64,000 nucleotides of DNA from Patescibacteria group bacterium (lineage in GTDB: Bacteria > Patescibacteriota > JABMPQ01 > JAHIRA01): assembly GCA_018818205.1 (NCBI GenBank), contig JAHISJ010000023.1:10600-74599 (forward strand). Direction: 5' to 3'. A program made the translations under genes and the position numbers. Within the stretch, counting starts at the first letter, position 1, and every line of letters starts with the position of its first letter. The notes below the pieces were generated by a model, which had not been told where the DNA came from, made no database searches, and worked only from the letters and a program-made list of their open reading frames with translations. Positions 58,454 through 64,000 of the stretch are shown here, piece by piece.

Positions 58454-59629
58454 ATGATAAAAAAAACAATCAAAGATATAGGTGTTAAGGATAAAAGTGT
58501 TCTTGTCCGAGTGGATTACAATGTTCCCCTTGATGATGAGGGCATTATTGTTGATGATAATAGAATCAAAGCATCGCTGCCCACACTGACGTACTTAATT
58601 GATCATGGAGCAAAAGTAATAGTGGTTACTCACGTAGGTCGTCCCAAGGGTATTGTTGAAGAAAAGTTAAAGACAGACAATGCAGCAAAGGAACTCTCCA
58701 CATTGCTTGGCAGAGAAGTAAAAAAAGTAAATGACTGCGTTGGCCCGGAGGTAAAAGAAGCTGTTTCCCAGATGAAAGAGGGTGACGTGCTCATGCTTGA
58801 AAACGTTAGGTTTAATAAGCAAGAAAAAGAAAACGATCCGGATTTTGCCAGAGAGCTTGCTTCGCTTGCTGATATTTTTGTACTTGATGGATTTGGTGTT
58901 TCTCATAGAGACCAAACCTCTGTAACGGGCGTGACGCACTATTTGCCCTCTGTTTTGGGGCTACTTATGGAAAAAGAGGTAGAAACACTTACCAAGGTTC
59001 GTGAAAATCCAGAAAAGCCACTTATCGTTGTTATGGGAGGAGTCAAGCTGGAAACCAGGATTCCCATGATCGATGAATTTGTGGAAAAAGCAGACAAGAT
59101 TCTTTTTGGCGGTGCCATGATTTTTACCTTTTTTAAAGCAATGGGCAAGGAAATTGGTAGTTCACTTGTTGATGAGAACTTTGTAGATGCTGCAAAAAAA
59201 ATTCTAGAAAAATACCCAGATAAGCTGGTGTTTCCTCAAGATGTGGTTGTTGCACTAAAGCTAGAAGAAGGAGTAGAGTCGCAAATAGTTTCTATTGATG
59301 ATATCCCACCAGATATGATGGGGCTTGATGTTGGCCCAAAGACGGTAGATAGCTTTTACAATGAATGTAGGGACGCAAAAACGATTATTTGGAATGGCCC
59401 GCTCGGTGCCTTTGAGATACCCCCATTTGATAAAGGAACCAAGGAATTTGCTGAAAAAATAGCTACCCTTTCAGCATTTACGCTCATTGGTGGTGGAGAT
59501 ACTGCTGCCGCTTTAGAAAAGGACGGTCTTGATCAAAAAATGGATTTTGTGTCGACCGGAGGCGGTGCATCGCTTACTCTTCTTGAAGGTAAAAGTCTCC
59601 CTGGATTTGAAGCGCTAAATGATGCATAA
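58454..59629 (+). CDS. pgk: Phosphoglycerate kinase
   Basis: RVDYNVP, LENVRF, WNGPLG-x-FE and STGGGASL motifs. Confidence 0.98.
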   Translation: MIKKTIKDIGVKDKSVLVRVDYNVPLDDEGIIVDDNRIKASLPTLTYLIDHGAKVIVVTHVGRPKGIVEEKLKTDNAAKELSTLLGREVKKVNDCVGPEVKEAVSQMKEGDVLMLENVRFNKQEKENDPDFARELASLADIFVLDGFGVSHRDQTSVTGVTHYLPSVLGLLMEKEVETLTKVRENPEKPLIVVMGGVKLETRIPMIDEFVEKADKILFGGAMIFTFFKAMGKEIGSSLVDENFVDAAKKILEKYPDKLVFPQDVVVALKLEEGVESQIVSIDDIPPDMMGLDVGPKTVDSFYNECRDAKTIIWNGPLGAFEIPPFDKGTKEFAEKIATLSAFTLIGGGDTAAALEKDGLDQKMDFVSTGGGASLTLLEGKSLPGFEALNDA

Positions 59630-59682
59630 TCACTATGAGTTCATCAGTGTAATTTATTTTAGAGTGTAATTAACCAGGTACT

Positions 59683-60297
59683 ATGCCAGATATAACTAAA
59701 GCAAACATTCAAGCGTACGATAAAACAGCAAAGGAGTATGACGAGTGGGCAAACTCCTATAATATGCAATCGGCATATGAGCAGTTTAGGGAGTATATGG
59801 ATAAGACTGAGGGAGTCATTATTGATGTCGGCTCAGGAACGGGAAGAGATGCAAGAGCACTTACTGATAGTGGATACGAGGTACATGGCGTTGATCTTTC
59901 AGATAACATGCTTCAAATCGCAAAGATTAAAGCCAGAAACGCTACGTTCCATAAAATGGACTTTAGGCACCTGGAATTTGATGACAACCATTTTGATGGT
60001 TTTTGGGCAAATGCGAGTTTATTTTTGGTCGTAAGACCTGAGCTCGAGGAGTCAATAAAAGAACTCTACCGTGTAACCAGGAAGGGTGGCACCGGATATT
60101 TGTCATTTGAAGAGGGGGAAGGTCTAAAAATAAAAGAAGTAGATAAAGAGACAAAAAAGCAGCAGGAGCTGTATTCATATTCTGAAGTGAGAGATTTGCT
60201 GAAAGAAGTAGGTTTTAGGGTTCTTATGACAGAGAGAAAAGAAGATCAAAAGCGAAAGGGCCTCTTTTGGCTCAGATATTTTGTAAGAAAAGTATAA
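59683..60297 (+). CDS. Class I SAM-dependent methyltransferase
   Basis: IIDVGSGTGRD, GVDLS-x2-ML and FDGFWANAS motifs. Confidence 0.9.
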   Translation: MPDITKANIQAYDKTAKEYDEWANSYNMQSAYEQFREYMDKTEGVIIDVGSGTGRDARALTDSGYEVHGVDLSDNMLQIAKIKARNATFHKMDFRHLEFDDNHFDGFWANASLFLVVRPELEESIKELYRVTRKGGTGYLSFEEGEGLKIKEVDKETKKQQELYSYSEVRDLLKEVGFRVLMTERKEDQKRKGLFWLRYFVRKV

Positions 60298-60314
60298 AAA
60301 ATAACATCAGAGAA

Positions 60315-61559
60315 ATGTCGACAAAAATAACAGAACTAAAGGCAGTAGAGATCCTTGATTCAAGGGGAAATCCTACGCTAAAGGTTAAAGCGCTTCTTGC
60401 AAATGGAAGCTTTGGTTTTGCCTCAGTCCCTTCTGGCGCGTCAACAGGTGTGTTTGAAGCAGTTGAGCTTCGCGATGGCGATGAATCGCGGTATGGTGGC
60501 AAGGGAGTTACTAAAGCGGTAGAGCATGTTAACTCCATTCTCAATGATGAGCTTAGGGGGTTTGATGCTGAAAATCAAGAAGCACTTGATACAAAAATGA
60601 TAGAGATTGATGGCACGGAGAATAAAGGGCGACTCGGTGCTAATGCTATTCTTGGGGTGTCACTTGCAGCAGCAAAGGCAATAGCATGGTCACATAACAT
60701 GCAACTGTATGAATACATTAAGAAGCTTACCGGCAATGATTCATTTTCTTTCCCTCGTCCAATGATGAACATCATTAATGGAGGTAAACATGCAGACTCA
60801 GGGCTTGATATTCAGGAATTTATGATTATGCCAAAAAAGCAAGAGATGTCAGAAATGGTAAGGATTGGTGCTGAGGTTTTCCATACATTAAAGAAAGTGC
60901 TTCAAGAAAAAGGAGAATCAACCGGTGTTGGCGATGAGGGTGGTTTTGCGCCAAAGCTCAGTGAAAACAAAGAAGCACTTGAGTTGATTATGACCGCTAT
61001 AGAAAAAGCAGGCTATACGCCAGGTGAGGATATTACTATTGCGCTTGATTCTGCTGCAGCCTCATTTTACAACAAGAATGAAAATATTTATGAGATGAGC
61101 TCCGGTAAACGCTCAACAGAGGAACTCCTTGATTACTACAGTGAACTTACTGAAAGCTTTCCAATAATCTCCATTGAAGATCCGTTTGACGAAAACGATT
61201 GGGATGGATTTATAATGATGACAGAAAAGTACGGCGATACTCTTCAGATCGTGGGGGATGATCTCTTTGTAACCAATCCTAAAATACTCAAACGGGGTAT
61301 AGAAGAAAAAGCAGCGAACGCAGTGCTCATAAAGCTCAACCAAATCGGAACATTAACTGAGACGATTCAAACTATTAATCTTGCAAAAGAAGCTGATTTC
61401 AAGACTATTATTTCTCATAGATCGGGTGAAACATGCGATACGACAATCGCAGATCTTGCATACGGTTCAGCAGCAGGGCAGATAAAGACAGGGTCGCTTT
61501 CCAGAAGTGAGCGTATCTCAAAGTATAATCGGTTGCTTGAAATTCAATACCGGTTTTAA
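60315..61559 (+). CDS. eno: Enolase
   Basis: ILDSRGNPT, VPSGASTG, GDEGGFAP and SHRSGET motifs. Confidence 0.98.
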   Translation: MSTKITELKAVEILDSRGNPTLKVKALLANGSFGFASVPSGASTGVFEAVELRDGDESRYGGKGVTKAVEHVNSILNDELRGFDAENQEALDTKMIEIDGTENKGRLGANAILGVSLAAAKAIAWSHNMQLYEYIKKLTGNDSFSFPRPMMNIINGGKHADSGLDIQEFMIMPKKQEMSEMVRIGAEVFHTLKKVLQEKGESTGVGDEGGFAPKLSENKEALELIMTAIEKAGYTPGEDITIALDSAAASFYNKNENIYEMSSGKRSTEELLDYYSELTESFPIISIEDPFDENDWDGFIMMTEKYGDTLQIVGDDLFVTNPKILKRGIEEKAANAVLIKLNQIGTLTETIQTINLAKEADFKTIISHRSGETCDTTIADLAYGSAAGQIKTGSLSRSERISKYNRLLEIQYRF

Positions 61560-61588
61560 TACTATTTGAAGAGTAGGAATGAACGAGA

Positions 61589-63172
61589 ATGGATAAAAAA
61601 AAGCCGGTAGTACTTGTAATACTTGATGGCTGGGGCGTTGCCCCACCTTCTCCAGGGAACGCAATAACTATTGCACGTACCCCCGTTTTTGATGCGCTCA
61701 TAAACGAGTATCCTCGTGCAACCATTCAAGCTGCTGGTGAGGCAGTTGGGCTACCCTGGCAGAATATGGGCAACTCTGAGGTGGGCCATATGAACATTGG
61801 TTCCGGACGTATTATGTATCAGGAGTTACCGCTTATAAATAAGGCTATTCGTGATGGTTCGTTTTTTGAAAACCAGTCGTTTAAGAATGCTGTTCGTCAT
61901 GTAAAACGATTTCACTCAAAATTGCATCTTATGGGACTTTTGAGTAAAGGGGGTGTGCATGCCCAGATTAATCACATTTATGCGCTCCTTGAACTTGCAA
62001 AGAGGCAGGGGCTTAGAAAGGTGTACTTACATCTATTTCTTGATGGGAGAGATGCGCCAAAGGATTCTGCGCTAGACTACTTGACTGAACTTACGCAGAA
62101 AATGAAAGAACTTGGCATAGGTGAGATTGCGAGCATCACTGGAAGATTTTACGCAATGGATCGAGACAGAAGATGGGATAGGGTTCAAAAGGCGTATGAC
62201 GTACTCATTTTTAGTAAAGGGAAGAAGGCAGGAAACCCAATATATGCAGTAAAAAAGGCCTATCAACAAAACGTATTTGACGAGGAATTTCCACCAACAG
62301 TTGTTACAAAAAAAGGTGAACCTGTCGCAAGAATTGACACTAACGATGCTCTCATCTTCTTTAATTTTAGGGCAGACAGGGCGCGACAACTATCTGAGGC
62401 ACTCACAGATAAGAATTTCAATGCGTTTAAGCCAGTTAAGCGGCTAGACAATCTCTACATGGTGACTATGACTAAGTATAATCAAGAGTCTGCTTGTCAC
62501 CCAGCGTATGTTAGAGAAGAAATAAAAAATACATTAGGCGAAGTGATTTCAAGAAAGTCGCTTAAGCAAGTACGCATTGCAGAGACAGAAAAGTATGCTC
62601 ACGTCACGTATTTTTTTAATTGTGGGCGTATTGATCCGTACAAAAATGAAATGAGGGAGCTCGTGTCATCGCCACCCATTTCTAGCTATGCAAGAAAGCC
62701 TGAGATGAGCGCCCCAGAGGTAACAAAAAAGGCATGTGATGCACTCAAAAAAAATGTGTACGATTTTTATTGCATAAATATTGCAAATCCAGATATGGTT
62801 GGTCATACAGGAGAACTTAAAGCAGCTATTTTGGCTGTTGAATCCGCAGATAGGTGCCTTGGAAAGATTGTAAATGAAGTTATAAAAAAAGATGGTCTAC
62901 TAGTTGTTACTGCAGATCATGGAAATGCCGAGGTTATGATTGATTTGATATCAGGAGATGAAGACAAAGAACATACTGCGTTTCCTGTGCCATTTATTTT
63001 TATGACAAAAGATGCACAAGGCAAACCAATCACTTCAATAGAAAAAAAGAATCTTCACTCGCTTGCACCGATCGGTGTTCTTGCAGATGTCGCACCGACC
63101 ATATTAGAATCGCTGGCGCTTGATATTCCAGAGGAGATGACCGGTATCAGCTTAATAAATACTATTCTTTAA
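61589..63172 (+). CDS. gpmI: 2,3-BPG-independent phosphoglycerate mutase
   Basis: LDGWG, MGNSEVGH, AETEKYAHVT, DMVGHTG and ADHGNAE motifs. Confidence 0.98.
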   Translation: MDKKKPVVLVILDGWGVAPPSPGNAITIARTPVFDALINEYPRATIQAAGEAVGLPWQNMGNSEVGHMNIGSGRIMYQELPLINKAIRDGSFFENQSFKNAVRHVKRFHSKLHLMGLLSKGGVHAQINHIYALLELAKRQGLRKVYLHLFLDGRDAPKDSALDYLTELTQKMKELGIGEIASITGRFYAMDRDRRWDRVQKAYDVLIFSKGKKAGNPIYAVKKAYQQNVFDEEFPPTVVTKKGEPVARIDTNDALIFFNFRADRARQLSEALTDKNFNAFKPVKRLDNLYMVTMTKYNQESACHPAYVREEIKNTLGEVISRKSLKQVRIAETEKYAHVTYFFNCGRIDPYKNEMRELVSSPPISSYARKPEMSAPEVTKKACDALKKNVYDFYCINIANPDMVGHTGELKAAILAVESADRCLGKIVNEVIKKDGLLVVTADHGNAEVMIDLISGDEDKEHTAFPVPFIFMTKDAQGKPITSIEKKNLHSLAPIGVLADVAPTILESLALDIPEEMTGISLINTIL

Positions 63173-63182
63173 CTACACTTTC

Positions 63183-64000
63183 ATGGCAGAAAAGAAATAT
63201 GAAGTCATAACTATAGGCGGGTCAACACTCGATATTTTTATGAAGGACGGTGAGTTTGAAATCTCAAAAAAGGTGGATGATACAGAGCAGCTTTGTATGA
63301 CGTTTGGCGATAAAATTATTGTTGACGATGTACATTTTACTTACGGTGGAGGCGGCATGAACACAGCGGTATCTTTTGCGTACCTCGGTCTAAGTACTGC
63401 ATTTATTGGTATTGTTGGCGATGATGAAATAGGAAAAGGTATTTTAAAGAGGGTAGAGGAAAGAGGTATTGCACATGAATACATTACGGAAAGCAATGAA
63501 GGTAAAAGCGGGCTTTCTGTTGCATTGCATGCAGGTAAGCGTGAGAGAACACTTTTATTGTTCAGAGGTGTAAATGATCAGCTAAAGCCTACATACTTAA
63601 AAGAAGAGGTATTAAATAGTTCTAAATGGCTATACCTTTCACATCTTTCCGGGGACAGTGATACCTGTATTGAGAAATTTGCATCGTTTCTGGGAGATCA
63701 CCCAGAAACATTCCTTGCGTGGAATCCAGGATCAACACAACTTAAAAAAGGCATTGAGCATCTCTCTTCACTACTCGCACATACGACTATTTTAAACATC
63801 AATAAAGAAGAAGCGGAATTGTTGTCAGGGCTAAGTATTGCGCGTGATCCAAATCTCAAGGAATTTCAAATAGACGATCTTACCCCAATTCATGAAAAAC
63901 TAAGCGCGCTCGGTCCAAAAATTGTTGTTATAACCGATGGCAAAAAAGGAGCGAGTGTGTATGAGGATGGAAACACTAGTACGTCAGAAAATCATGAAAT
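63183..64000 (+). CDS. PfkB-family carbohydrate kinase (3' end outside the window)
   Basis: Own translation from ATG 63183: MAEKKYEVITIGGSTLDIF...GGGGMNTAVSFAYLG...GIVGDDEIG...WNPG...NKEEA...TDGKKG; open to the window end. Confidence 0.88.
   Translation, partial: MAEKKYEVITIGGSTLDIFMKDGEFEISKKVDDTEQLCMTFGDKIIVDDVHFTYGGGGMNTAVSFAYLGLSTAFIGIVGDDEIGKGILKRVEERGIAHEYITESNEGKSGLSVALHAGKRERTLLLFRGVNDQLKPTYLKEEVLNSSKWLYLSHLSGDSDTCIEKFASFLGDHPETFLAWNPGSTQLKKGIEHLSSLLAHTTILNINKEEAELLSGLSIARDPNLKEFQIDDLTPIHEKLSALGPKIVVITDGKKGASVYEDGNTSTSENHE

Noticed and set aside
593-62451. Many 60-180 aa ORFs antisense or out of frame within ftsA, ftsZ, fusA, tuf, rplB, gap and others
   Set aside because: They are shadow ORFs fully overlapping well-supported genes, with no start signals or recognisable motifs.

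Overview
A 64-kb core-genome segment, almost certainly from a Patescibacteria/CPR (Parcubacteria-like) bacterium using the standard genetic code. Supporting signs are the missing rpmD between rpsE and rplO, a split ComEC, Lys-rich ribosomal-protein extensions and mostly SD-less, A-rich starts on core genes. Gene order: pgpH-like 7TM-HD, ybeY, dgkA, ftsA, ftsZ, yggU, comEC, a divergent GT4 pair, ndk, two tRNA-Pro, a broken str operon (rpsL-rpsG / fusA / tuf), the S10-spc clusters to secY-adk-map, ruvX, GT2, galT, then a glycolysis cluster (tpiA, gap, pgk, eno, gpmI, PfkB kinase) with epmA-efp. Two classes of orphan genes are woven in. (1) Self-contained, mostly antisense cassettes with a canonical sigma70 promoter, a strong SD (which core genes mostly lack) and their own terminator; one encodes an outer-membrane beta-barrel-like protein. 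(2) Large acidic, signal-less proteins inserted in sense inside housekeeping operons. The fusA-tuf interval is an array of cargo genes bounded by two REP-like palindrome families. All calls come from reading the sequence; no database searches were run.
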